Assembly (NCBI GenBank): GCA_046727755.1
Contig: JBKPDG010000118.1
Location: 1-48,774, forward strand
DNA from: Actinomycetota bacterium
Lineage (GTDB): Bacteria; Actinomycetota; Acidimicrobiia; IMCC26256; JACDBD01
Direction of reading: 5' to 3'
DNA length: 48,774 nt
A model generated the notes under the pieces. It was not told the origin of the DNA. It did not search any database and worked only from the letters and a program-made list of their open reading frames with translations. Shown here in pieces: positions 9,410 to 17,942 of this stretch; position 1 is the first letter of the stretch, and every line of letters begins with the position of its first letter. The translations under genes were made by a program, and so were the position numbers.

Positions 9410-10325
9410 TGCCTTCGAAACGCTGCGCCGCACACGCGACGCGGTGCCGCCCCGACCTGCGTTCGTCGCCGAGCTCGCCGACCGGCTGCGCGTCGAGCTG
9501 GGCATCAGAGAAGGAGACGAGGCCACCGTGATGATGCGGACCGCGATGGGCGACATGCCCGTGCAGGGCGGCGTGCCCAATGCGCTGCTCGACGTCGTCG
9601 AGGATCAGGGATACGCGGTGCTCGAGAACGCGCTCGCCCCGACCGAGGTGCAAGCGGTACGTGACGCCCTGGCGCCGTACCTCGGCGAGGGCCCGTTCGG
9701 GCGCAACGACTTCGAAGGCTTCCGGACCAAGCGCGTCTACAGCCTCCCGGCCAAGTCGCGCGCCTTCGACCGGCTCATCGAGGACGAGCGCGTCCTGGAC
9801 GTGGCGGGCGCACTGCTCGGGCCGAACTTCCTCCTGACCGCGGCGCTGGCCATCAACCTGGGGCCGGACGAGACGGCGCAGGATCTCCACTATGACGAGG
9901 CGTTCTATTACGGGCTGCCCCGCCCGCGGCGACCGCTATCGCTCAGCACGCTGTGGGCGATCGACGACTTCACGGCCGACAACGGCGGCACGCTCATCGC
10001 GCCCGGGAGCACGCACTGGGGCGACGGACGGCCCGACCCGTCCGTCGAGCTGGTGCCGCTCGAGATGCCGGCGGGGTCTGTCGCGATCTATCCGGGCACC
10101 CTGTGGCACGCCGGCGGCGCCAACGCCACCGACCGCTTCCGGCTCGGCATCTCGATCCAGTACGTCGTCGCATGGGCCCGCCAGCAGGAGAGCTACCTGC
10201 TCGCCATTCCGCCCGAGATGGCGCGCGACCTGTCACCTCGGCTGCGCCAGCTCCTCGGGTACAGCATTCACCCGCCGTTCATGGGCCACGTCGACGGCCG
10301 CCACCCGGAGAAGATGCTGGGGTAG
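9402..10325 (+). CDS. Phytanoyl-CoA dioxygenase (PhyH) family Fe(II)/2-oxoglutarate oxygenase with a ~50-aa N-terminal extension
   Basis: ATG 9402 lies 5 nt after GGGAGG (9391-9396) and overlaps the sigma stop by 8 nt. HxD in DLHYDEAF, distal His in LWHAGGAN, Arg in RFRLGISIQY. No TM segment. Confidence 0.8.
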   Translation: MTDAFETLRRTRDAVPPRPAFVAELADRLRVELGIREGDEATVMMRTAMGDMPVQGGVPNALLDVVEDQGYAVLENALAPTEVQAVRDALAPYLGEGPFGRNDFEGFRTKRVYSLPAKSRAFDRLIEDERVLDVAGALLGPNFLLTAALAINLGPDETAQDLHYDEAFYYGLPRPRRPLSLSTLWAIDDFTADNGGTLIAPGSTHWGDGRPDPSVELVPLEMPAGSVAIYPGTLWHAGGANATDRFRLGISIQYVVAWARQQESYLLAIPPEMARDLSPRLRQLLGYSIHPPFMGHVDGRHPEKMLG

Positions 10326-10348
10326 CTCGTCGACCTACAGTGCGCGCG

Positions 10349-11335
10349 ATGCACACGCGCTTCACCGAGCTCGTCGGCTGTGAGGTGCCGATCCAGCTCG
10401 CGCCGATGGGGGCGATCTGCACGCCCGAGCTCGTCGCGGAGGTGACGAACGCCGGCGCCATGGCGATGACGGGGATGCCGATGGCGCCCCCGGAGGCGGT
10501 CGCCGAGATGTTGGATGGCATGGGTGCCGCCGCGCGCGGGCCGTTCGGTTTCAACGTGTTGATGCCGTTCCTCGACGTCGACGCCGTCGATGCAGCTGCG
10601 CCGCGGTGCCGGCTCGTCGACTTCTATCACGGCGATGCGGATCCGACGCTCGTGGAGCGCGTGCATGGGCACGGCACGCTCGCCGGTTGGCAGGTGGGGT
10701 CAGTCGAAGCTGCCCGCGCCGCCACCGACGCCGGCTGCGACGTCCTCGTCGTGCGAGGAACCGAAGGCGGCGGGCGCATGCACGGCAACCGAAGCCTGTG
10801 GCCATTGCTCGTGGAGATCCTCGACGCGGTCGAGGTGCCCGTGGTCGCGGCCGGGGGCATCGCCGAGGGCCGGGGTGTCGCGGCAGCACTCGCGGCAGGC
10901 GCCGCCGGCGTGCGCATGGGCACACGCTTCGTGGCAACGCCGGAGTCGGGTGCGCATCCCGCGTACAAGGACGCCATCGTGGCCACGTCCGGTTCCGGCA
11001 CCGTCCTGACGGACGCCTACCGCGTGATGTGGCCGAGCGAGCAGGCAGACGCACGCGTGCTGCGCTCCGCGCTCGACCGGGCGCAGACGCTTCCCGCCGA
11101 TGCTCCCGTCGGGAAGTTGACGATGGGGCCGATGACCGTGGACGTTCCGCGGTTCGGCGTGCCGCCGCCGACGACCACCGCCGAAGGCCACGTCACCGCG
11201 ATGGCGCTGTACGCAGGCGAGTCGGTCGCCTCGATCGACGCCATCGAGCCCGCCGGCGAGCTGGTTCGCCGCATTGCCGCCGATGCCGAGTTCCACCTCC
11301 GCGCGCCCGCGCAACCGGAGAAGTCGCGGAGCTAG
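10349..11335 (+). CDS. Nitronate monooxygenase (2-nitropropane dioxygenase-like, FMN TIM barrel)
   Basis: MHTRFTELVGCEVPIQLAPMG start; VVRGTEGGGH-like GTEGGGRMHG; VVAAGGIAEGRGVAAALAAGAAGVRMGTRF. Confidence 0.8.
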   Translation: MHTRFTELVGCEVPIQLAPMGAICTPELVAEVTNAGAMAMTGMPMAPPEAVAEMLDGMGAAARGPFGFNVLMPFLDVDAVDAAAPRCRLVDFYHGDADPTLVERVHGHGTLAGWQVGSVEAARAATDAGCDVLVVRGTEGGGRMHGNRSLWPLLVEILDAVEVPVVAAGGIAEGRGVAAALAAGAAGVRMGTRFVATPESGAHPAYKDAIVATSGSGTVLTDAYRVMWPSEQADARVLRSALDRAQTLPADAPVGKLTMGPMTVDVPRFGVPPPTTTAEGHVTAMALYAGESVASIDAIEPAGELVRRIAADAEFHLRAPAQPEKSRS

Positions 11336-12420
11336 TCGTCGCGCGCGGGCCACATCGAGAGGACGTGGCCGACGGCGGGGTCGGTGCGGCCGGTGACGAG
11401 CTCCTGGTACGCCGACTGCACGCCGTCGGGGCCGGCGCCGTGGCGTATGTGGAGCCAGCCGTCGGAGAACTCGACGTAGCGTCGCCATGCCTCGGCCACA
11501 CGCTCGTCGAGCGCAGCGCGGCCCCACTCCTTCGTGCGCTTCGTGATCTGGTCCGGCGCGAAGAAGAAGGACGGCGACGGGCCGGGGAGGTCGGTGGGCG
11601 CGGCCGCCGGCTGATCCCAGTGCGTGGCGCCAACCATCATGCTGTGCGCCAACCGGTCGCCGTAGGCGCGGTGCACGGCGGCGCGGACGGAGGCGTCGCC
11701 GGCGATGTCGACGTACGCCGCCGACGACCCGCCCAGCGCGCTGACCTCGTCGTACGGAACCATGCGGTGGTAGACGCCGAGCCCTTTGACGAAGTCGACG
11801 TTCCGAGGTGACGTCAGCCCGATCACCTCGATCGCCTCGCGTGGTTCGACCATGAACGCAGTGCCGATGGCGGTCTTGCTCGACGCGCTCGACACGACGA
11901 CCGCCTGGGCTCCGAAGAACTTGTTGTCGTCGAGATAGTCGTCGATGAGGAACGACGTGAAGAACAGCGGCCAGAGCAACATGCGATGGTCTTCGCGGGC
12001 GGGATCGTGCGCTGGGTCGGCGTCGATCCGCTGGTAGCCGTTGTACGCGCTGGGCAGGGCGGCTCGGTGCGGCGAGACGTCGACGAACGCCCTCGGGTTG
12101 ACGCGCCCGGGCGTGACCAGCAGATGCGTCGACATCGGCAGGTAGCCGTAAACGCGCGTGCCCTCGGGAAGATCGTCGAGCGACGTGGCGATGACGTCGG
12201 CGAATCCCCACACCGGGATCCGGCCCCACGTCGCCGGGTCGGATGCGGGGAAGAAGTCCCAGTACCGCAGCGCGTCGCCGAGCACGGCGTACGTGACATT
12301 GTTGGCCGTCAGGGCGAAGGCGTCGACGCGTAGGAGCACCTGCCCCGGACCGACCGCAGGCTGCTCCTCGTCGACCACGCGGGTTTCGTGGACGTCGGAC
12401 CGTTTGACCTCGAAATCCAT
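11332..12420 (-). CDS. DUF2855-like protein (MDR/Rossmann-like, function unknown)
   Basis: 362-aa ORF with good codon bias. The pattern LLRVDAFALTANNVTY...YGYLPMSTH...VVSSASSKTAIG...FFFAPDQITKR recalls the DUF2855 family. The name is from memory only. Confidence 0.6.
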   Translation of the reverse strand: MDFEVKRSDVHETRVVDEEQPAVGPGQVLLRVDAFALTANNVTYAVLGDALRYWDFFPASDPATWGRIPVWGFADVIATSLDDLPEGTRVYGYLPMSTHLLVTPGRVNPRAFVDVSPHRAALPSAYNGYQRIDADPAHDPAREDHRMLLWPLFFTSFLIDDYLDDNKFFGAQAVVVSSASSKTAIGTAFMVEPREAIEVIGLTSPRNVDFVKGLGVYHRMVPYDEVSALGGSSAAYVDIAGDASVRAAVHRAYGDRLAHSMMVGATHWDQPAAAPTDLPGPSPSFFFAPDQITKRTKEWGRAALDERVAEAWRRYVEFSDGWLHIRHGAGPDGVQSAYQELVTGRTDPAVGHVLSMWPARDD

Positions 12421-12422
12421 CG

Positions 12423-12884
12423 TCAGCCTCGAATATTCAGCGCGTCGGCCGCCAGCTCCATGTGGCCGAGGTGCTGGTACAGCTCCTCGAGCACGTGGAG
12501 CACGACCGCGCCGTCGGACTCGTCGCCAGCCTCTAGGAACTGGCGTCCCGTGCGATCGGGCTGGACTCTCCCCGCGTCGATCGCCGCGAGGTCCTGGCCG
12601 ACCTGGCCGAGCGTCTTGTCGACCATGGCGTGGAGCTCGGCGATGGTGGCGGTGGTCGAGAACTCCGACTCGCGATCCCGGTCACTGGGACGGCCGAGCG
12701 CGACGTGCCCGATCCAGAACTCGGTGACCGCGCAGCAGTGGACGATGAGCGCGGCGACCGCGTTCGTTTCGGTGCCGAGTGGGCGGTCGTTCGCGCGGTC
12801 GTCGCCGAGCCGGTCCGCGACCTCGAGCATCTGGCGGAACGCGTGACGCACGTAGAGACCGGCGGTCCCCGGTTCGAGCTCCAC
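12423..12884 (-). CDS. DinB-family (DinB_2 / mycothiol-transferase-like) four-helix-bundle metalloprotein
   Basis: His triad context: ALIVHCCAVTEFW and VLEELYQHLGHMEL. I prefer GTG 12884 because the ATG at 12965 would overlap the GYD gene by 50 nt. The stop lies 2 nt before the DUF2855 start. Confidence 0.6.
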   Translation of the reverse strand: MELEPGTAGLYVRHAFRQMLEVADRLGDDRANDRPLGTETNAVAALIVHCCAVTEFWIGHVALGRPSDRDRESEFSTTATIAELHAMVDKTLGQVGQDLAAIDAGRVQPDRTGRQFLEAGDESDGAVVLHVLEELYQHLGHMELAADALNIRG

Positions 12885-12915
12885 CGGCTGGAGTGTGGCA
12901 TACCGTTCCGAGGCG

Positions 12916-13242
12916 CTATGCGCCGGGCGGTCGGTAGCGGATTTGGTCGGCCTGGCGCAGGGCATCGATCGTCTCGTCGACGGTCAGGAGGACTGTCGTT
13001 TCGAGCGAGCTCAGCGCACCGCCGCCCGCAATCGCCAGCGCAACCGCGGCCATGGACACATTGTCGGGGGCTTCCCAGAGCGTGTAGCCGTCGTGTTCGC
13101 CGAAGGCGTACCAGAACCCGTGGAGCTTTCCGTTGACCGACTCGATGTACGACTGGGCGGCCTTTCGACGGTCCTCTGGGTTGCCGATCAGCCTCGTCCA
13201 AGTCTCCGGCGTGTAACTGAACTTCGATAGATAGAGCGGCAT
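12916..13242 (-). CDS. GYD-domain protein
   Basis: [71 protein letters not shown] is a typical GYD family sequence. GGGAGAG RBS lies ahead of ATG 13242. Confidence 0.7.
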   Translation of the reverse strand: MPLYLSKFSYTPETWTRLIGNPEDRRKAAQSYIESVNGKLHGFWYAFGEHDGYTLWEAPDNVSMAAVALAIAGGGALSSLETTVLLTVDETIDALRQADQIRYRPPGA

Positions 13243-13418
13243 CGTCTCTCCCTCTCGTGAGCGCAAATACGCTGCGACGGTTGCAGCACGCACAGAGTGC
13301 CCGGTCTGGAGCGGCCACACGCCGGCCACGCGCAACGGGACACCGACCTCGCCGTCGTCAGCAGCGCCGGCATGGCCGTCGTGCCAGGGGCCGCCGACGC
13401 GGAGGTAGCTTCAGCGTC

Positions 13419-14423
13419 ATGACGATCCCCACGCGCACGCTCGGCCACGGTCTCGAAGTGTCCGCCCAGGGCCTCGGGTGCATGGGCATGAGCCAGGTCT
13501 ACGGTCCCGCCGACGAGACCGAGTCGCTCGCCACCATCGACCGGGCGCTCGAGATGGGCGTGACGTTCCTCGACACCGCCGACGTGTACGGGTTCGGGCA
13601 CAACGAGGAGCTCGTCGGACGAGCGATCGCCGGCCGGCGCGACGGCGTCGTGCTGGCGACGAAGTTCGGCATCGTGCGCCGGGCCGACGACAGGAGCTTC
13701 CGCAGCATCGACGAACGACCCGAGTACGTGCGCAGCGCCTGCGACGCATCATTGGAGCGCCTCGGCGTCGACCACATCGACCTCTACTACCAGCACCGCG
13801 CCGACCCGAACGTGCCCATCGAGGACACTGTCGGCGCCATGGCCGAGCTCGTCGCGGCGGGCAAGGTGCGCCACCTGGGTCTGTCGGAAGCCGCAGGCGA
13901 CACGATCCGGCGCGCGCACGCCGTCCACCCGATCAGTGCACTCCAGAGCGAGTGGTCACTGTGGAGTCGCGACATCGAGGAGGACGCGCTCCCGGCGGCC
14001 CGCGAGCTCGGCGTCGGAATCGTGCCGTACAGCCCGCTCGGGCGCGGGATGCTGACGGGCCAGATCCGCAGCGCCGACGATCTTTCGCGCGGCGACTTCC
14101 GGCGCGGCACACCGCGCTTCGAAGGTGACAACTTCACCAGCAACCTCGAGGTCGTCGAACGCGTCCGCACGATCGCGACCGAGAAGGGCGTCACCCCGGG
14201 TCAGCTGGCGCTCGCCTGGGTGCAAGCGCAGGGCGACGACGTGGCGCCGATACCGGGCACGAAACGCCGGACCTACCTCGAGGAGAACGTCGCCGCCCTC
14301 GACGTGGAGCTCGCCCCGGACGATCTCGCCGAGCTCGAGACAGTCGCTTCGACCAGCGCCGTCTCGGGCACGAGGGCCGCCGACATGACGTGGGTCGCAG
14401 GCGTCACGCCTGAGCGGGCGTGA
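13419..14423 (+). CDS. Aldo/keto reductase
   Basis: [60 protein letters not shown]. Confidence 0.9.
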   Translation: MTIPTRTLGHGLEVSAQGLGCMGMSQVYGPADETESLATIDRALEMGVTFLDTADVYGFGHNEELVGRAIAGRRDGVVLATKFGIVRRADDRSFRSIDERPEYVRSACDASLERLGVDHIDLYYQHRADPNVPIEDTVGAMAELVAAGKVRHLGLSEAAGDTIRRAHAVHPISALQSEWSLWSRDIEEDALPAARELGVGIVPYSPLGRGMLTGQIRSADDLSRGDFRRGTPRFEGDNFTSNLEVVERVRTIATEKGVTPGQLALAWVQAQGDDVAPIPGTKRRTYLEENVAALDVELAPDDLAELETVASTSAVSGTRAADMTWVAGVTPERA

Positions 14424-14941
14424 CCAAAGCGGTCGAGCTCCGGCGCCACACGGACAACGACGGCGACGCGCTCACCGACGACGGCGTGCGCGCCGCCCTC
14501 GAGATCGGCGCTCATCTGCGCGGCAACTACGCGCTCCTCGTGTCCTCGGGCATGCAACGAGCGACCCAGACCTTGGCGTGCTTTCTCGCCGGACTCGGTG
14601 AGCGAGTGCCCGGTGGCGTGACCCTTGAGCCCGGGCTCCGAACGGAGTCAGAGGGCCGTTGGCGAGAGATCTACGCACAGACGGGGAAGCCCGACCTGGC
14701 GTCGTTCCGAGTTGCCGACCCCGGCTTCGTCGAATCTGAGCAGACTCGGCTCGGAGCGGCGCTCGGCCGCATCTTCGCCGCGTTGCCCGACGACGGGCGG
14801 GGGCTGGCCGTGGGTCACAGCCCGACGAACGAAGCGGCGGTGTTTGCGCTGACGGGCGAGGAGGTCGCTCCGTTGGCGAAGGGTGCGGGCGTACTCGTGG
14901 AGGCAACCGGCGAACGCTACCGCGTCGCGCCGCTCGACTGA
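14420..14941 (+). CDS. Histidine phosphatase (phosphoglycerate-mutase-like) family protein
   Basis: GTG 14420 overlaps the AKR stop (GTGA). [10 protein letters not shown] (RH motif), [15 protein letters not shown]. Confidence 0.6.
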   Translation: MTKAVELRRHTDNDGDALTDDGVRAALEIGAHLRGNYALLVSSGMQRATQTLACFLAGLGERVPGGVTLEPGLRTESEGRWREIYAQTGKPDLASFRVADPGFVESEQTRLGAALGRIFAALPDDGRGLAVGHSPTNEAAVFALTGEEVAPLAKGAGVLVEATGERYRVAPLD

Positions 14942-14949
14942 GCTCGCGC

Positions 14950-15483
14950 TCACACAGCCTCGAACCGCGCGACGTAGGCGAACGGCAACCGTGGCGCCGC
15001 ACGAACCGGAAACCCGATGCCTCGGCGCGCTCTCGCAGCTCGCGAAGCGACGTGTAGTCGGGGTCGAGCAGCACCTCCCCGACTGCGAGCCGCCCGCCGG
15101 GACGGAGCACACGTCAAGGCGCCGAGCATGTCCTGCTGCACGTCGAACACGTGAAGCGTCCCCGTCGGCGCGATCCACTGCGCGACCTGCACAGCATGAC
15201 GGCCCGTCCCCGGCCCGATCTCGAGCACGTCGTCGCCTAGTGCGGGTTCCACACCCCGACGCAACAGGTCGGGTGAGATCGGATGCGGCAGCGCGAGGAT
15301 CCAGCGCAGCGAGTACGGAAACGGCCCTGGCTCAGTGCGGCTCCACCGTCGGGACGCGACGCCCAGGCCGGCGGCGCCAACCCCCAGCGCGGCGGCGAGT
15401 TTCAGACGGCGCTGAAAGAGAGCCAACACGGCCGCGAGGAACGCCGCCAGCGAGCCGAACCACGCGCTGTCCTGCTTCCTCAA
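14950..15483 (-). pseudogene. Disrupted membrane-anchored class I SAM-dependent methyltransferase (internal deletion plus frame changes)
   Basis: Frame A gives the TM N-terminus, motif I VLEIGPGTGRH and DVQQDMLGAL up to ~15115. The motif VLRPGGRLAVGEVLLDPDY...ASGFRFVRRHG continues in another frame (15110-14988). The natural-looking tail LPFAYVARFEAV* is back in frame A. About 50-60 aa between motif I and the RPGG motif are missing. Confidence 0.55.
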
Positions 15484-15501
15484 CGCATCTTTCCGTCGTC
15501 G

Positions 15502-16644
15502 CTACTTGATCGCGCCGGCGTCGCGCAGCTTGGCGAGCTCGTCGGCGGTGAAGCCCCAATCCCCCAACGCCTCGTCGGTGTGCTGACCGGGCTGGGCTGC
15601 CCGTCGGGAGATCGCGCCGGGCGTGCGTGAGAACCGCGGCGCCGGTGCGGGCTGGAGCACGCCCTCGTGTTCCACGACCGTGTCGCGCGCCTTGATGTGC
15701 GGATGCCCCGCCGCCTCGCTCATCGTGAGGACGGGCGCGAAGCACGTGTCGGTTTGCTCGAGGATCGTGCACCACTCCTCGCGCGTCTTGGACTTGAACA
15801 GGTCGGTGAACTTCTGCCGCAACTTGTCCCAGGCCCTGCGGTCCATCTGGGCCGGGAGATCCTCGCCCGCGAGCCCGAGCTTCTCGACGAGCTCGGCGTA
15901 GAACTGCGGCTCGAGCGAACCGACTGAGATGAACTTCCCGTCGGCGGTCTCGTAGGTGTCGTAGAAGGGCGCGCCGGTGTCGAGCACGTTGCCGCCGAGG
16001 TGCTCCTCGTCGAACGCGCCCATCGCCCGCAAGCCCCACGCCATCGCCATGAGCGCGGCGCTGCCGTCGACCATCGCCGCGTCGACGACCTGCCCCTCCC
16101 CCGACGCCCGCGCCTCGAGCACCGCGCACACGACCCCGAACGCCAGCAACATGCCGCCGCCGCCGAAGTCACCGACGATGTTCATCGGCGGGGTCGGCTT
16201 GCCGCCGGCCCGTCCGAAGTGCGCCAGCGCGCCGGCAAGGGAGATGTAGTTGATGTCGTGGCCTGCGGCCTGCGCGTACGGCCCGTCCTGGCCCCACCCC
16301 GTCATGCGGCCGTAGACGAGCTTCTGGTTGCGAGCGCGGCAGGCGTCGGGCCCGATTCCCAGCCGTTCCGCCACGCCGGGCCGGAACCCCTCGATCAGCG
16401 CGTCGGCCTGCTCGACCATGCGCAGCACGGTCTCGACGCCGTCGGGCTGCTTCAGGTCGACCCCGATCGAGCGCCGGCCCCGGTTCAGTACTTCCATCCA
16501 TCCGGGATCGAAGCCCCGCTCGACCGACTGGGCGCGGTCGACGCGCACTACGTCGGCGCCCATGTCGGAGAGGAGCATCGCCGCGAAAGGCCCCGGCCCG
16601 ATGCCCGCGATCTCGATGATCTTCAAGTCAGAGAGCGGTCCCAT
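15502..16644 (-). CDS. mcr: Family III CoA-transferase, alpha-methylacyl-CoA racemase-like
   Basis: MGPLSDLKIIEIAGIGPGPFAAMLLSDMGADVVRVDR ... MTGWGQDGPYAQAAGHDINYISL ... VGDFGGGG closely follows the mycobacterial Mcr pattern as I remember it. Confidence 0.8.
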   Translation of the reverse strand: MGPLSDLKIIEIAGIGPGPFAAMLLSDMGADVVRVDRAQSVERGFDPGWMEVLNRGRRSIGVDLKQPDGVETVLRMVEQADALIEGFRPGVAERLGIGPDACRARNQKLVYGRMTGWGQDGPYAQAAGHDINYISLAGALAHFGRAGGKPTPPMNIVGDFGGGGMLLAFGVVCAVLEARASGEGQVVDAAMVDGSAALMAMAWGLRAMGAFDEEHLGGNVLDTGAPFYDTYETADGKFISVGSLEPQFYAELVEKLGLAGEDLPAQMDRRAWDKLRQKFTDLFKSKTREEWCTILEQTDTCFAPVLTMSEAAGHPHIKARDTVVEHEGVLQPAPAPRFSRTPGAISRRAAQPGQHTDEALGDWGFTADELAKLRDAGAIK

Positions 16645-16707
16645 GCGGCGACCCTATCTCGACGTCGCCACGGGACTGCTCGGGAACGACCGGGCTACCG
16701 TCACGGC

Positions 16708-17100
16708 ATGACCGAGTTCCAGCGCACCATTCCTCTTCTCGTCTACGAGGACATCGAACGCGCGCACGACTTCCTCGTCGACGCGTTCGGGTTCGGGCCC
16801 GGCGGCATCGAGCGCGACGGCGACGGCCAGGTCGTGCACGGAGAGGTCGTCGTCGGCGACGGGCGGATCTGGCTGCATCGTGTCACCCCCGAGCACGAGA
16901 TGGCGTCGCCGCGCACGATGGACGCCGCGGCGGGCGGACTGGTCGTCCACGTCGACGACGTCGACGCGCACTACGAGCGCGCCCGCGCCGCGGGCGCGAG
17001 CATCGACAGCGAGCCCACGGACCAGCCGTACGGGCAGCGCGAGTACGGCGTGCGCGACCCCGAGGGCCACCGCTGGTGGTTCGCGACGCCACAGGGATAG
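16708..17100 (+). CDS. VOC (glyoxalase/bleomycin-resistance) family protein
   Basis: 130 aa. IPLLVYEDIERAHDFLVDAFGF...VHVDDVDAHYERARAAGASIDSEPTDQPYGQREYGVRDPEGHRWWF. Confidence 0.75.
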   Translation: MTEFQRTIPLLVYEDIERAHDFLVDAFGFGPGGIERDGDGQVVHGEVVVGDGRIWLHRVTPEHEMASPRTMDAAAGGLVVHVDDVDAHYERARAAGASIDSEPTDQPYGQREYGVRDPEGHRWWFATPQG

Positions 17101-17105
17101 CGACG

Positions 17106-17939
17106 GTGCCGTCCGTCGAAACGCTCGCGTCGGGGTACGGGCTCGTCGAGGGGCCGACGGTCGACGGCGACGGGAACCTGTACTTCAGCGATGTGCTCGG
17201 CGGTGGGGTGTACCGGCGCGATCCGGACGGCGAGATCACGACCGTCGTGCCCAAGCGCCGGGGCGTCGGCGGGATCGTGCTGCACGCCGGCGGCGGGATT
17301 GTCGTCTCGGGGCGCGACATCGTGCACGTGCGTGACGGGGACAACCGGACGCTGTTCTCCATCGACGGGTTGCCAGGGTGGAACGACATCTGCGCCGATT
17401 CGGTGGGCCGCGTGTACGCGGGCTCGATCCGGTTCGCCGTGTTCGATCCCGCCGCCACACCTGTGCCCGGCGAGTTGTGGCGCATCGACGCCGAGGGCAA
17501 GGGCACACGCCTCTACGAGGACGTCCTCCACGCCAACGGCGTCGTGCTCTCACCCGGCGAGCAGACCATCTACCACTCGGACACCCGGAACAACGTGATC
17601 CTCGTGCACACGATCGCCGGCGACGGCACCGCCGGTGACCGCCGCGCGTTCCACTTCCCGCCCGGCGCGCCCGACGGCATGGCCGTCGACGCGCAGGGGC
17701 TCCTCTGGGTCGCGTCGGCGCGCGCCGGATGCGTTGCCCGGCTCACGCCCGACGGGGAGCTCGACCGTGTGCTCGAGGTGCCGGCAAAGACGGTCACCTC
17801 GCTCTGCTTCGGCGGGGGCGAGCAGCACGACCTCTATGTCGTGACCGCCGACAACACCGAGGCGCCCGAGCGTCGGGGCACGATCTTCCGCATCACCGCC
17901 GGCGTGGCCGGCGCGCCCGTCCACCCGGCACAGATCTGA
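17106..17939 (+). CDS. SMP-30/gluconolactonase/LRE-family beta-propeller
   Basis: EGPTVDGDGNLYFSDV..., PDGMAVDAQGLLWVA, LCFGGGEQHDLYVVTA. The start is either GTG 17106 or GTG 17076. Confidence 0.8.
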   Translation: MPSVETLASGYGLVEGPTVDGDGNLYFSDVLGGGVYRRDPDGEITTVVPKRRGVGGIVLHAGGGIVVSGRDIVHVRDGDNRTLFSIDGLPGWNDICADSVGRVYAGSIRFAVFDPAATPVPGELWRIDAEGKGTRLYEDVLHANGVVLSPGEQTIYHSDTRNNVILVHTIAGDGTAGDRRAFHFPPGAPDGMAVDAQGLLWVASARAGCVARLTPDGELDRVLEVPAKTVTSLCFGGGEQHDLYVVTADNTEAPERRGTIFRITAGVAGAPVHPAQI

Positions 17940-17942
17940 CTG

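Noticed and set aside
7712-9580. 622-codon minus-strand ORF spanning coaA, the sigma gene and the PhyH start
   Set aside because: It is antisense to three well-supported plus-strand genes and has a low-complexity R/G/A/P composition. I treat the following antisense ORFs the same way:
- 20328-21794 (+)
- 21428-22720 (-)
- 22657-23982 (-)
- 28049-29719 (-)
- 39061-40686 (-)
- 40622-42016 (-)
- 44440-45816 (-)
- 45856-46725 (-)
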